Shown here piece by piece: positions 1 through 10,077 of a stretch of 64,000 nucleotides of DNA; position 1 is the stretch's first letter; each line of letters opens with the position of its first letter. The notes beneath the pieces were generated by a model. That model had not been told where the DNA came from and ran no database searches. It saw nothing but the letters and a program-made list of their open reading frames with translations. Both the position numbers and the translations under genes were made by a program. This DNA is from Patescibacteria group bacterium. GTDB taxonomy: Bacteria; Patescibacteriota; Patescibacteriia; Veblenbacterales; UBA10138. The stretch is from assembly GCA_041645215.1 (NCBI GenBank), contig JBAZQK010000005.1, positions 23,562 through 87,561 of the forward strand. The letters are read 5' to 3'.

Positions 1-549
1 ATCAGATTTAAAGAAAATAGTTTAGAATCAGAAAAGTCTCTTGAAAAGATGGTTGATGAAATGCTGGATAAAATGGTTTACTCAGGTGGCGTTCGTTTAT
101 ATATTAATAATAAGGGAAATCAAGGAGAAGAGCCCCTTGGTTATTATCCTCCTTCTGGGTTACATGGGAAATATGAGCCTATAGTTTCTGACTCAAAAGT
201 AGACTCTCTTATTTCCTATAAGGGAGATGCTGGAGATAATATGTTTGATTTTGATATGACACATTCTTCTTACGGTAAAAAAGGAGAAGACATTTTTCAA
301 ATACACGTTATTTGGCCTAGTAAAAGACAGGATCAAAATATTAAGATTAATTCAGATGATTTATTAGAAGGTTTAAAAAAACTTTTTGAGTCTGAATATA
401 AAAAAAAGTTTCCAGAAAGTGAGTTTCTAAAGAAATATAAAGAAGATATGGTATTTTGTTCTAAACTCGATGCGTTATTAGATACAATTGTGGTACGAAT
501 TGTTGCTTCACTTGAAAAATACCCAATAGTAAAAGTTAATCTAGGTTAA
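1..549 (+). CDS. Hypothetical protein, 5'-partial; the reading frame is open back to the window edge (first ATG at 49)
   Basis: ORF 49..549; frame has no stop between positions 1 and 48; AT-rich; no recognisable motif. Confidence 0.35.
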   Translation: MRFKENSLESEKSLEKMVDEMLDKMVYSGGVRLYINNKGNQGEEPLGYYPPSGLHGKYEPIVSDSKVDSLISYKGDAGDNMFDFDMTHSSYGKKGEDIFQIHVIWPSKRQDQNIKINSDDLLEGLKKLFESEYKKKFPESEFLKKYKEDMVFCSKLDALLDTIVVRIVASLEKYPIVKVNLG

Positions 550-712
550 TTTATGAAAATTTTTTAGATAGTTTAATAAATAAATTAACCCTCTCCATTA
601 CAGAAGAGGGTTTTTAATTGTAGTTAAAAAATTGTTTAGTCTTCGTCATCCTCAATTTCGTCTGCTAGAGATTTTTTAGGCTCTATTCCGCTGCCCTTGC
701 AATACGGGCAGG

Positions 713-1609
713 TTAATTTTTTACCGCTGTGAGGGTTAGTTGAGGTAAATCAAATAGTACTGTAGCCTTATCAATCTTGAAATACCAGCCAAGAATGTTA
801 ACTCTTTGATTAATTAATTCTTGGTTTAATTTTTGGACAAAGGTTCTTTTTTCGCTTTCGCTGGTACCCGAGAATAGGCTGTTTGTACAATAGATTTGTA
901 GAGATTCAATAACCTTTTTATAATCACAATTTAAACTCCGATCTAATTTATCAAATAAAATGTTAGCTTGAATTGTTAGGATTACGTCTCTTATCCCTCC
1001 CTCTAAACATTTAATATTGCCTATGGGCTGTAATTCAATTTTTTGTGATTCATGGAATAAGGTCGGCACATTAATTGGTATTATTTGGTTAAATTTGAAC
1101 TTATCGCCTTTCAGTAAAACTTGATTCCTTTTTATTATTACTTGATTTTCACCTACTATGAATGTGTTATTCAACACATTAAACTGTAATACTACACTTA
1201 TTGAAACAAGTATAAAGGCGAAGGCGTTAAAGTAATTAGAGAAGTTAGTATTATTGTTACTTAATATCAAGTAGCTTATTGGTAACATTAATACTGTGGC
1301 TATAGGCATGGCGGTTTTTCTCAAGGTTTTGGTCATTGCCGGATTTATTATTTTTAACGGTTGTGGATGGAGTGTGAAAGCTGTTTCAATTTTTCCAAAC
1401 ATCCAATGGTTAATAATAAGTCCCCAAATAAAACCAAAGAATGCAGAGGTAATGAAGAGTAGCGTGTTTTCATTTTGTGACAGCCGCAATATCACGCTAC
1501 AGAATAGTTGAACAATTAGCCAAATTACCATACCCATTAGGATACTGATTATTCCGGATAGGGTGTAGGGTTTGTAATAGTTTGTTAAGGAAATATTTTT
1601 GCTAAGCAT
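713..1609 (-). CDS. Hypothetical polytopic membrane protein
   Basis: 298-aa ORF with several hydrophobic helices (e.g. ILMGMVIWLIVQLF, FITSAFFGFIWGLII); no catalytic motif recognised. Confidence 0.4.
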   Translation of the reverse strand: MLSKNISLTNYYKPYTLSGIISILMGMVIWLIVQLFCSVILRLSQNENTLLFITSAFFGFIWGLIINHWMFGKIETAFTLHPQPLKIINPAMTKTLRKTAMPIATVLMLPISYLILSNNNTNFSNYFNAFAFILVSISVVLQFNVLNNTFIVGENQVIIKRNQVLLKGDKFKFNQIIPINVPTLFHESQKIELQPIGNIKCLEGGIRDVILTIQANILFDKLDRSLNCDYKKVIESLQIYCTNSLFSGTSESEKRTFVQKLNQELINQRVNILGWYFKIDKATVLFDLPQLTLTAVKN

Positions 1610-1722
1610 GGATTCCTCCTCGTTGATGTTTGTTTTATTTGGTTATACCTTAGTTTAATTTAGTTTATTTGTCAACCAGAACACTCCACCATTAATAATG
1701 GTGATTTTTTTTATCTTACTTC

Positions 1723-1772
1723 TATCTAGCAACTGCTTCGCTGCTCGCGAGCAGCGAAGCAGTTGCTAGATA
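1723..1772. repeat. Perfect 50-bp palindrome (25+25) in a divergent intergenic region
   Basis: tatctagcaactgcttcgctgctcg|cgagcagcgaagcagttgctagata read directly; the arm core caactgctt/aagcagttg recurs at 41727..41764. Confidence 0.9.
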
Positions 1773-1887
1773 AGTGATGACGGTTCTTGTACAAACCGTT
1801 GACAGTCCAGCTAAAGGGTGGTAAAAAGAAAGGTAAATAAACACTGAAGTTTAACAATAAATGTCAAATAAGCCATAGGAGGATAAA

Positions 1888-2556
1888 TTGGCCATACTAG
1901 AGAAGGACAAGTCGTTTGTATTAGTAGTACTTGGAAAAAATTGGGTGGAATATCCGTCTAAAAATCCACCAGCTGGTTGGAAGCTGGAATTAAGCCGAGA
2001 TTCAAAAGTTACGGCCCTGGCCGCCGGAGTATTGGCTGAAAAGTATCATGGAATAAAAAAGATAATTTTTGTCACTGGTCATACGGCCGGCAAAGATTGG
2101 CCAACCGGGGCTGAAGAAATGCACAAGTACGCTTCAGACTATTTCCCAGTATTAAGAGGCAATAAAGTTCTTTGTGAAACCGAAAGTATAGATACGGCGC
2201 AAGGGGCGGAAAAGGTAAGAACAATTTTGGCTGAACGTAATTTGTTGGATGAAGTGGTTGTACTTTTAACCGTGGGCTATCATTGTAAAAGAGCACTTAA
2301 GATTCATAAAAACTTCGGGTTTAAAAATATTATTTACTATAAATCCGAAAGTGTTTTGGCTGAAAGTTTTAACTCTGCGAATGCTAAACGTGTTTGTTGG
2401 AAAGCTTTGAAAGATTACAGGAATTATAGTCTGTTGCGCAAATTCAAAAAGTGGCTGGAGGAGGTAATATTAAGACTAGTCTTAATATTTGACCCTTACG
2501 GCCGCAAATTGCGGGGTGTAACAAATATAATTTGTCATCAAAAGGAGGTAAAATAA
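1888..2556 (+). CDS. DUF218/YdcF(ElyC)-like family protein
   Basis: TTG start 6 nt after AGGAGG; the segment VTGHTAG...ETESIDTAQGAEKV resembles the DUF218 core. Confidence 0.5.
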   Translation: MAILEKDKSFVLVVLGKNWVEYPSKNPPAGWKLELSRDSKVTALAAGVLAEKYHGIKKIIFVTGHTAGKDWPTGAEEMHKYASDYFPVLRGNKVLCETESIDTAQGAEKVRTILAERNLLDEVVVLLTVGYHCKRALKIHKNFGFKNIIYYKSESVLAESFNSANAKRVCWKALKDYRNYSLLRKFKKWLEEVILRLVLIFDPYGRKLRGVTNIICHQKEVK

Positions 2557-2557
2557 A

Positions 2558-2974
2558 ATGAAAATATCTAAGAAGTTTCTTGGTTGGATTATTGGCTTGG
2601 GGGTGTTAGTAATTGTTGTTGGTTTGTTTATTGAATATCACTATCGTAATTATTCTTATACGGTTAGTGTAGGAAGAATAGAAAATGTGAAATATATTCT
2701 TACGCACGAACGTGGCGATTATACCATATCAGCCCAAAAATCATTTTCTAGCGATGAATTAGTAGACATTAACGTCCATTCTTATAATATAAGAAAATTT
2801 ACAGACGTTCCGAGTTGGCAGCTGCGCTGGGTTGCTTATAAAAGAATTTATAAAGACCCCGGTGGCGTAGTAATGGATGAATATGAATTTCATCTTAATT
2901 ACGACGCTGATATTGGCGGAGCCGGTTGGAACCATGGTAAGCGGGGTCATGGGCGGACTGCAGTAATTTATTAA
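2558..2974 (+). CDS. Hypothetical membrane-anchored protein
   Basis: N-terminal TM helix (WIIGLGVLVIVVGLFI); AGGAGG RBS; immediately downstream of the previous gene, likely co-transcribed. Confidence 0.4.
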   Translation: MKISKKFLGWIIGLGVLVIVVGLFIEYHYRNYSYTVSVGRIENVKYILTHERGDYTISAQKSFSSDELVDINVHSYNIRKFTDVPSWQLRWVAYKRIYKDPGGVVMDEYEFHLNYDADIGGAGWNHGKRGHGRTAVIY

Positions 2975-3002
2975 AAGTTTAAATCAAAAAATTTTTACTC
3001 CG

Positions 3003-3037
3003 AGTGGATTCAAATTTGAATCCACTCTTTTTTATTT
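3003..3037 (+). terminator. Rho-independent terminator hairpin
   Basis: gagtggattcaaatttgaatccactc followed by a T-run; a second hairpin at 3042-3070 (gacctagacaactaggcc) can terminate efp on the opposite strand. Confidence 0.65.
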
Positions 3038-3095
3038 AAATAAAAAGACCTAGACAACTAGGCCTTTTTATAATTGTACGGTGTTTAATGCCTGT

Positions 3096-3662
3096 CTAGG
3101 CCCGTTCCACGTAGTCGCCGGTTTCGGTGTTCACGACTATCATCTCATCATTCTTTATGAACAGTGGCACGTTGATAGTAATGCCGGTTTCCAGCTTGGC
3201 CTGCTTAGAACCGCCGGTAGCGGTATCGCCTTTAACGCCGGGTGGAGTTTCCACTACCTTGAGTTTAACTTTTTTCGGCAATTCCACGTTAATCGGTATA
3301 TTATTAAAATTAAGAATATTAACCTCCACGCCGTCGGTCAGGTAACCAACCTGTTCACCGAGCGCCTCGCGGGTAAAATCAAATTGTTCAAATGTCGTCT
3401 GGTTCATAAAGTGACAGCCAGCTTCGTCCGCATAAAGAAAATCAGCCCGCACCCGGGCCATATCAGCCTCTTCTACTTTATCGCCTGGTTTAAAGGTTTG
3501 TTCCAATACTTTGCCGTTAAGCAGATTCCTCAACTTAGTCCGCATGACCGGTTTGCGCTGGGCGGTGCGCATAAACGACGCTTCCAGTATCTGGTAGGGA
3601 TCGTCGTTAACCAGAATATTAAGGCCAATTTTAATGGAGTTGAGCGATGGTAATACCGCCAT
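3096..3662 (-). CDS. efp: Elongation factor P
   Basis: Full-length similarity to EF-P (KPGKG-like loop, OB folds); start taken at the internal Met (MAVLPSLN) rather than the ORF-track start. Confidence 0.9.
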   Translation of the reverse strand: MAVLPSLNSIKIGLNILVNDDPYQILEASFMRTAQRKPVMRTKLRNLLNGKVLEQTFKPGDKVEEADMARVRADFLYADEAGCHFMNQTTFEQFDFTREALGEQVGYLTDGVEVNILNFNNIPINVELPKKVKLKVVETPPGVKGDTATGGSKQAKLETGITINVPLFIKNDEMIVVNTETGDYVERA

Positions 3663-3680
3663 AAATATTAGATGAAACAA

Positions 3681-3917
3681 TTATCTGGCGACAAACGGAA
3701 TTAAGGCCATCATGCGTGAACGCTTAATGGCTGTGGCCAATTTGCGTTGGTGCTTCATACAGCTGCCGGTGCGGCGGCGCGGCAGAATCTTGCCGTAGCC
3801 AGACAGGAATTTTTGCAAAATACGCGTATCTTTATAATCAACCTCGTTAAACCCGTTTACGCAAAAGTAGCATTCGCGGGTTTTCATAATAGGCTGTGAT
3901 TTTTTATTACTATTCAT
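3681..3917 (-). CDS. rpsR: 30S ribosomal protein S18
   Basis: RRRTGSCMKHQRKLATAIKRSRMMALIPF is the S18 signature; lies in an rpsF-ssb-rpsR operon. Confidence 0.9.
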   Translation of the reverse strand: MNSNKKSQPIMKTRECYFCVNGFNEVDYKDTRILQKFLSGYGKILPRRRTGSCMKHQRKLATAIKRSRMMALIPFVAR

Positions 3918-3963
3918 AGCAATCTTAAATAATTACCCTCTAGGCGTGATTATGGTTTAGTTA

Positions 3964-4392
3964 TTAAAAAGGTATTTCCTCAATGTTAGTCTCGGTTTCC
4001 GTGGCGTTGCCGTCGGCTACAATAGTTGTATCTTCAACCGGACTTTCTGCGGCTGGTGCGTTAGCCCGATCAAGCATAATCATATTGTCGGCAATAATTT
4101 CGGTGCGCCAATGTTTTTGGCCTTGAGCGTCGTCCCAGGAACGGGTTTGAATACGTCCTTCAATAAAAACTTTGGCGCCTTTTTTTAAATACTGGGCGCA
4201 GATTTCGCCTAATTTTCGCCAGGCGACAACATTGTGATATTCAGTTTTTTCCTGGCGTTCACCGGCCGCGTTTACCCAACGCAGATTAGTGGCTACGCTA
4301 AAAGTAGTTACATTGGTTCCCTGGGGGGTAGTGCGACTTTCGGGGTCGCGGGTAATGTTACCCAGTATCATGGCTTTGTTAAGATAGTTCAT
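3964..4392 (-). CDS. ssb: Single-stranded DNA-binding protein
   Basis: OB-fold SSB similarity (ILGNITRDPE...VAWRKLGE) and an acidic C-terminal tail ending EEIPF. Confidence 0.9.
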   Translation of the reverse strand: MNYLNKAMILGNITRDPESRTTPQGTNVTTFSVATNLRWVNAAGERQEKTEYHNVVAWRKLGEICAQYLKKGAKVFIEGRIQTRSWDDAQGQKHWRTEIIADNMIMLDRANAPAAESPVEDTTIVADGNATETETNIEEIPF

Positions 4393-4458
4393 AAATTAAT
4401 CCTTTGTCGCCGGCTGGCCTGTGTGACAGGTGCCGACGCTAAGCCAATAAGATTTAGT

Positions 4459-4953
4459 TTATTTGACAATTTCTTTTTTTAAAATTTCCTCCAGCCGTTT
4501 GTCCAGTTCATCAAGTTCAACTTTAGTCTTTTCAACCCTTACGGTCTTGGTTGTGGTTTTAGGGCGTTGGGGGGCGCTGGCCGCCAATTCATCAGCCTCA
4601 TTTTTAGCTTGTAGTCGGCCCAGTTTTTCCTGGAAAGCTTTTTCACGAGCAATTTGTTCCGGCGTTTTTTTCTGTTTGCTTAAAATTTGTGACCGCAGTA
4701 TTTCGCTGGATAAACGCAACCAATTAGTGATGCGGGCCAAATTCGTCGGCTCTAAATCAAATTCAATTACGACATGGGTTCCATGACGCAAATGATTAAT
4801 AGCATAAGCTAATTTGCGTTTACCCAAGTCCTCTTCCATGGTAATTTCAGCTTTGTTTTCCAACAACATAGCCCTGATTTTTTCTTGGATAGCGGCTTCG
4901 TCATTAACACCGACCTTTGCCGGAATAATGTACATTAGTTCGTAGTGCTTCAT
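4459..4953 (-). CDS. rpsF: 30S ribosomal protein S6 with C-terminal extension
   Basis: MKHYELMYII...GKRKLAYAI matches the S6 family; first gene of the rpsF-ssb-rpsR operon; structured leader at 4954-5170 (hairpins tccgccttcgggcgga and gcgcttatttgctaagcgc). Confidence 0.85.
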   Translation of the reverse strand: MKHYELMYIIPAKVGVNDEAAIQEKIRAMLLENKAEITMEEDLGKRKLAYAINHLRHGTHVVIEFDLEPTNLARITNWLRLSSEILRSQILSKQKKTPEQIAREKAFQEKLGRLQAKNEADELAASAPQRPKTTTKTVRVEKTKVELDELDKRLEEILKKEIVK

Positions 4954-5174
4954 AGGGTTAATTTAGGTAAATAAAAAACGCTTGTTTAATGTGCCCTTAA
5001 GAGTAAAACCCCTCTAACCCTCAAGGAATCCGCCTTCGGGCGGAATATGGCGCGCTTATTTGCTAAGCGCTTAATGTGCGGTTAGATTAGCACAGGTCGC
5101 ATATAAACGCAAGATTGGTTGAAGCTAAGGTTTATGTACTTTTACAAACAGTTTTTATGTGATAGCTTACTATT

Positions 5175-6377
5175 ATGGTTCAACCATATTTATTTATCTT
5201 AGGTCGCCAGCCAGCTCTTAGTGTCGCCGAGATAGCGGCGGTGGCCAAGCGGCGGCAAATTAATTTGACTTGGCGCAAGATAACCCCGCTTTATGCTATG
5301 GTGGAGGCTGATTTGCCTGGTGATTTTTTTAACGATCTGGCTGGTACGATAAAATTAGCCGAGGTGCTAGGCGAGGTTGATTATAAACCCGAGGCTATTA
5401 AGGCGGCCGTTTATAAACAATTATCAGGTTTTGTTGATGAGTGTTTGTTTGGCTTTAGTTGGTATGGTCGTCGTCCGCCTCGTTGGTTGCGCGGAATAGG
5501 CATGGAGCTGAAACGTCAACTTAAAGAGTCGGGCGGGCATGTTAGATTGGTTGAATCACGCGACAATGTTTTATCTTCGGTGGTAGTAAAGAAAAATCAT
5601 TTATTGCCGCCGCGTGGCAGCGACCTAATTTTGTTACCTTTGAGTGCGGACAAGGTATTGATGGCTTTGACCGTGCGCGTGCAAGAATTTGCCGACTGGG
5701 CCGAGCGCGATTACGGCCGGCCGGCTCGTGATGCACAGGTTGGTATGTTGCCGCCTAAGTTAGCTCATTTAATGGTTAATCTGGCCCAAAGCCAATTGAC
5801 TGATGCTTTGTTGGATCCGTTTTGCGGTTCGGGTACGGTTTTACAGGAAGCCGCCAGCCTTGGTTTTAAGGTTTTGTGGGGCGCTGATATTGACGATAAA
5901 GGCATTAAACGCACTGAAACCAATTTAAAATGGTTAAAACAAGCTCAACCGAAGTGGGAGTTTGATTGGCATTTGTTAGTGGCTGATGTGCGGCAATTAG
6001 CCAATCATATTAACGACATTAAGTTTGGCGCCGTGGTGACGGAGCCGTATCTGGGCCCGCCGCGACGGTTTAAAGATATGAACCAGTATCGTCAAGTTGA
6101 AAGCGAGTTGCTGAATTTGTATGGCGCGACTTTAAAAACCTTGTTTAATTTGGTAAAGCCAGGTGGCCGTTTAGTCATGATTTGGCCATTGTTTAATAGC
6201 GGTAGCCGTCAATATGCCTTGCCGTTAACAGGGGAGGCAAAAAAAATTGGTTGGATAATTGAAAATTGTTTGCCCGCGGCCGTGCCGGTGGAGTGGGTAA
6301 ATCTTCGTCATACGCTTATATACGAACGCCCGGACCAAAGAGTCGGGCGGGAAATAGTCGTCTTACGAAAGGTATAA
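5175..6377 (+). CDS. Class I SAM-dependent RNA methyltransferase (Trm11/RlmL-like N2-guanine or N6-adenine family)
   Basis: Motif I LDPFCGSGTVLQEA and motif IV-like VVTEPYLGPP. Confidence 0.55.
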   Translation: MVQPYLFILGRQPALSVAEIAAVAKRRQINLTWRKITPLYAMVEADLPGDFFNDLAGTIKLAEVLGEVDYKPEAIKAAVYKQLSGFVDECLFGFSWYGRRPPRWLRGIGMELKRQLKESGGHVRLVESRDNVLSSVVVKKNHLLPPRGSDLILLPLSADKVLMALTVRVQEFADWAERDYGRPARDAQVGMLPPKLAHLMVNLAQSQLTDALLDPFCGSGTVLQEAASLGFKVLWGADIDDKGIKRTETNLKWLKQAQPKWEFDWHLLVADVRQLANHINDIKFGAVVTEPYLGPPRRFKDMNQYRQVESELLNLYGATLKTLFNLVKPGGRLVMIWPLFNSGSRQYALPLTGEAKKIGWIIENCLPAAVPVEWVNLRHTLIYERPDQRVGREIVVLRKV

Positions 6378-6424
6378 TTTGGCAAAGTTGGAAATATTTG
6401 GTAGAGTAAGATATAATTAGAATT

Positions 6425-6552
6425 TAAAATGTAAATATCTCCGCCAAAGGCGGATCTGCCTCGGGCATGAAAAAATTAAAATGACAATGTAAAATAAAAA
6501 ATGGTTAGTCAAGTATTTCTATAATTTTGCATTTTGATTTTTCAATTTTGAA
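6425..6552. repeat. AT-rich palindromic intergenic element (same family as 27174, 28160, 29018, 60575)
   Basis: aatttaaaatgtaaatatc arm, a ccgccaaaggcgg core hairpin, and an attttgcattttgatttttcaattttgaatt arm. Confidence 0.6.
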
Positions 6553-6558
6553 TTAACT

Positions 6559-7569
6559 ATGATTCATTATCGCAATCGTTTAGGTATAGAACTTATAGAT
6601 TTGCATATCCATGTGGGTGGCGCTGTGGCGCCGCACATTATGTGGGAAATTGCGCATAAGCAAGGCTTAAAATTACCGGTAAAAAATTACTGGGATTTTT
6701 GGAAACTAATTACGGCCACGGATGAAACGGTTAATAGTTTGGAAGAGTATGTGGATATAATGCACCGTTGGACTGAGAAAATTCAATCCAGTCCCGAGGC
6801 GGTGGAGCGGTGTGTTTATTCGATTTTGGCCAAAGAGTACCGTTCGTCCAATGTTAACCAGATTGAAGTCCGTTTTAATCCCATGAAGCGTAATAAAGGT
6901 GGCGAGATGGATTTGGACCATATTATTCAAGCCGCTTTGCATGGTATGGATAAGGCTAGTTTGGATTATGGCGTGAAAGCTGGTTTGTTATTTTGCTTGG
7001 CGCGTGAATTCCCCTTTGAGCTGAATGAGATTATTGTGCGTAAAGCCATTAAGTATATGTCCTGGGGTGTGGTGGGTATAGATATTGCCGGTCCGGAAAA
7101 GCACACTTTTGAACAAGACCCGGATTTTGTTAGCTATCGAAAGTTATTTGCCGAAGCGCGAGCGGTTGGTTTAGGTTTAACCGTGCATACTGGCGAGACT
7201 AATGCCACGGGACCGGCGAGCGTGCGCCAAGTACTTAAAGATATTAAACCCGAGCGAATTGGCCACGGTATTCAGGCGGTCAAAGATGAGGCCTTGCTTA
7301 AAGAGCTGGCGGCGGCCGGAACCGTGCTGGAAATATGTCCATCTTCCAATTTGCAAACCAAAGCTGTAAAAGATGTGGCGGAATTGAAAGATATTATTTT
7401 TAAACTAAAAGAGTTTGGCGTTAAGTTCACCATTAATACCGATGGCCCTTACCTTTTAAACAGCAATATGAAAAAGGAGATTGAGTTGTTGTTGCAGAAC
7501 GAAATTATGACCGAAGCGGAACTTAAGGCTGCTTTTGACCTCGCCCGTCAAGTCAGCTTTATAAAGTAG
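6559..7569 (+). CDS. add: Adenosine/adenine deaminase family metal-dependent hydrolase
   Basis: Metal-binding motifs HIHVGG, HTGE and INTDGP match the adenosine deaminase family. Confidence 0.7.
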   Translation: MIHYRNRLGIELIDLHIHVGGAVAPHIMWEIAHKQGLKLPVKNYWDFWKLITATDETVNSLEEYVDIMHRWTEKIQSSPEAVERCVYSILAKEYRSSNVNQIEVRFNPMKRNKGGEMDLDHIIQAALHGMDKASLDYGVKAGLLFCLAREFPFELNEIIVRKAIKYMSWGVVGIDIAGPEKHTFEQDPDFVSYRKLFAEARAVGLGLTVHTGETNATGPASVRQVLKDIKPERIGHGIQAVKDEALLKELAAAGTVLEICPSSNLQTKAVKDVAELKDIIFKLKEFGVKFTINTDGPYLLNSNMKKEIELLLQNEIMTEAELKAAFDLARQVSFIK

Positions 7570-8016
7570 ATGGATATGCCGGCTAAAAAAATATACGAAG
7601 GCGCGGTAGTCATATTTTATCAAATAAAAAATGGCCAGCCGTTATTTTTGGTAGTGCAGAATACTAAAACCGGCAATACTGCTTTTGTAGCTGGCGCTAA
7701 AGAGGATTATGATAATTCCTTGCTCGCTACGGCGCAGCGGGAAATTAAAGAAGAATTGGGTTTTGATAAAAATCAATATCAGCTGATTTCAACTGAAATA
7801 AAGTACGAATTTATATTTGGGCCACAGAAAAAAGAACGAGCCGGGGCGACTGGCCATTATCAAGTATTTTTAGGCAAGTTTTACAATCCACTGGAAATTT
7901 CTTATACTCCGGAGTTAAAGACTGTTAAATGGCTGACCAGTGATCAAACACTGGAAGTTTTAACCTTTCAGGACTTAAAAGAGGTTTTTGGCAAAGTTAG
8001 AAATCTAATGCCATAA
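7570..8016 (+). CDS. Nudix hydrolase
   Basis: Nudix box GAKEDYDNSLLATAQREIKEELGF (Gx5Ex7REUxEExGU). Confidence 0.75.
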   Translation: MDMPAKKIYEGAVVIFYQIKNGQPLFLVVQNTKTGNTAFVAGAKEDYDNSLLATAQREIKEELGFDKNQYQLISTEIKYEFIFGPQKKERAGATGHYQVFLGKFYNPLEISYTPELKTVKWLTSDQTLEVLTFQDLKEVFGKVRNLMP

Positions 8017-8094
8017 GTCATCTGTGACCCGAGTGTACTTATTGTTTTTTCTTGTATCAGCGTGTTAACACATTAATACAAGACAAATAGTAAG

Positions 8095-8844
8095 TTATTT
8101 AAGGTTTGATAAGCCAATAACGGCGGCGAATCTTTTTTCCGGCAGGTTGGTTTGTTTAGCGCGATAGTGGGAAAAGAATTTATCGCTATGAGCCGTGCAG
8201 TCAGGACTAATGTGGAGTTTATTTTTAGTAACGCCGGAGGCTAGCAATTGTTGGGCGGCAAAACCAACCAAGTCAATATGAATTAAATTATTTTTGCTGG
8301 TTAAAAAATTTTGCCAAGTCGGGTTACCTATTTGTTCAATTTCGTTGTAAGCGTAGCAGCAGCTCTTGATAGCCGGTCCAATGCCCGCCACCAAATCACT
8401 TGGTTTAGTATTATAAAACTCGGTCATAGCTTTAATGGTTTTGCTGATTATTTGTAAATTGGCATTTTTCCTACCCACATGCACTAAAGCCGCCGCCTGA
8501 TTCATTGAGTCATACAACATTACTGATAAGCAGTCGGCGACTATGTGCCACAAATACAAACCCAATTCGTTGGTGATTAAACAGTCACTTTTGAGTTGGT
8601 AGTTGTCTTGCAGTACGCCACAGCCAGCATCAGCGGCCGTGACTTTAATAATTTTGTCGCTGTGCGCCAGTTCCGCGCTAACCACGCGGCTTGGGTGAAT
8701 ATTTAAGTCAGATAAAAATTTTTGCCGGTTTTGCCGCACTTCGCTGGCTTGCCCCCATTTAAACGACATATTGCCGTCAGTTGCTGTAGAAAAAGCGTGA
8801 AAAAGTTTGTTATATCTTGTTAGTTCAGAAATTTGGTAGAGCAT
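8095..8844 (-). CDS. pgeF: YfiH/PgeF family (DUF152) purine nucleoside phosphorylase / peptidoglycan editing factor
   Basis: AHSDKII, VADCLSVMLYD and HVGRKN match the conserved H-C-H motif regions of YfiH. Confidence 0.7.
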   Translation of the reverse strand: MLYQISELTRYNKLFHAFSTATDGNMSFKWGQASEVRQNRQKFLSDLNIHPSRVVSAELAHSDKIIKVTAADAGCGVLQDNYQLKSDCLITNELGLYLWHIVADCLSVMLYDSMNQAAALVHVGRKNANLQIISKTIKAMTEFYNTKPSDLVAGIGPAIKSCCYAYNEIEQIGNPTWQNFLTSKNNLIHIDLVGFAAQQLLASGVTKNKLHISPDCTAHSDKFFSHYRAKQTNLPEKRFAAVIGLSNLK

Positions 8845-9009
8845 AATGGAAAAATCCTAATTTCTAATATCTAATTTCTAAATAAATCCAAAATCGTAAT
8901 TTCCAAGCTAACTTAAGAACCGTTGATTTATTAGTTATGAAGAACTTTGATATTATTTAGGATTTATTTTTCTTATTCTTGATTCTTAATTCGTGATTCG
9001 TAATTCTTT
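8845..9009. repeat. AT-rich intergenic region with palindromic arms and a GAATNNN heptad array
   Basis: ggaaaaatcctaatttc ... tttaggatttatttttc inverted arms; on the minus strand, GAATTAC GAATCAC GAATTAA GAATCAA heptads (8975-9005); a related array lies at 23600-23692. Confidence 0.6.
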
Positions 9010-10077
9010 TTACACACTAAACCTAAAATGGCAGACATCGCCGTCTTGTATCACGTAATCTTTGCCCTCAAGGCGGAATTTGCCGGCAGTTTTGGCGCCA
9101 GCCTCGCCGCCCGTGGCCACAAAATCATCATAAGATATTACTTCAGCCCGAATAAAACCGCGTTCAAAATCCGTATGAATCACGCCGGCGGCTTGGGGCG
9201 CCTTAGTTCCGGCTGTGACAGTCCAGGCGCGTGATTCTTCCGGCCCGGAAGTGAGAAAAGTTATCAGGTTCAATAATTTGTAAGCGGCGTGGATTAATTT
9301 ATCAAGCCCGCTTTCTTGGAGGCCTAAATCTTTAAGCATGGTGCGGGCTTCTTCCACTGGCAAGTCAGCCAGTTCAGCCTCAAGTTTGGCGGAGATGGCA
9401 ATAGCGGGCGAAATGGCCATATCAGCCGTCACTTCAATCTTTTCCTCATCTACATTTAGCACATAAAGCAGTGGCTTAGCGGTAAGTAAGGGTAATTCGC
9501 GCAGTAATTCCAGTTCAGCCTCACCCAGCGTCATTACCCGTATGGGCTGGCCGCCAGCCAGGTGAGTTTGCATTTTTTCCAAAATCGCTATTTGTATAAC
9601 AGCCAGTTTATCCTGACCGGTTTTAAGTTTTGGCTTGAGGGCGGCTAATCTCTTTTCCACCGTTGCCAAGTCAGCCATTACCAATTCCAAATTTATAACC
9701 TCGGCGTCAGATTTTGGGTTAACCTCGCCTGATACGTGGATAATATTTTTATCAGAAAACGCCCGCACCACTTGCACGATAGCGTTCACCTCGCGGATAT
9801 TGGCTAAAAATTGATTGCCTAACCCCTCGCCTTGGTGAGCGTTTTTAACCAAGCCGGCAATATCCACGAACTCAATCGTGGTGGGAATGGTTTTGGCGGA
9901 TGAAGAAATTTGCGTTAATTTATTTAATCTCTCGTCCGGCACCGCAACTACGCCGACATTAGGATCAATGGTGGCGAAAGGGTAATTCTCAATATGAACT
10001 TGCTGACGGGTTAGGGCCTTGAATAAGGTTGATTTGCCGACATTAGGCAATCCCACAATACCGATTTGGAAAGACAC
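9010..10077 (-). CDS. ychF: Ribosome-binding ATPase YchF (Obg family)
   Basis: N-terminal GIVGLPNVGKSTLF G1 motif with ENYPFATIDPNVG; C-terminal TGS domain ending DGDVCHFRFSV. Confidence 0.9.
   Translation of the reverse strand: MSFQIGIVGLPNVGKSTLFKALTRQQVHIENYPFATIDPNVGVVAVPDERLNKLTQISSSAKTIPTTIEFVDIAGLVKNAHQGEGLGNQFLANIREVNAIVQVVRAFSDKNIIHVSGEVNPKSDAEVINLELVMADLATVEKRLAALKPKLKTGQDKLAVIQIAILEKMQTHLAGGQPIRVMTLGEAELELLRELPLLTAKPLLYVLNVDEEKIEVTADMAISPAIAISAKLEAELADLPVEEARTMLKDLGLQESGLDKLIHAAYKLLNLITFLTSGPEESRAWTVTAGTKAPQAAGVIHTDFERGFIRAEVISYDDFVATGGEAGAKTAGKFRLEGKDYVIQDGDVCHFRFSV

Noticed and set aside
8845-9009. Possible CRISPR array suggested by short AT-rich repeats (also 23580-23692, 27174-27268, 28160-28240)
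   Set aside because: The repeats are heptads or palindromic arms without regular repeat-spacer periodicity (no direct repeats of about 28-37 bp separated by unique spacers), and no cas genes are present.
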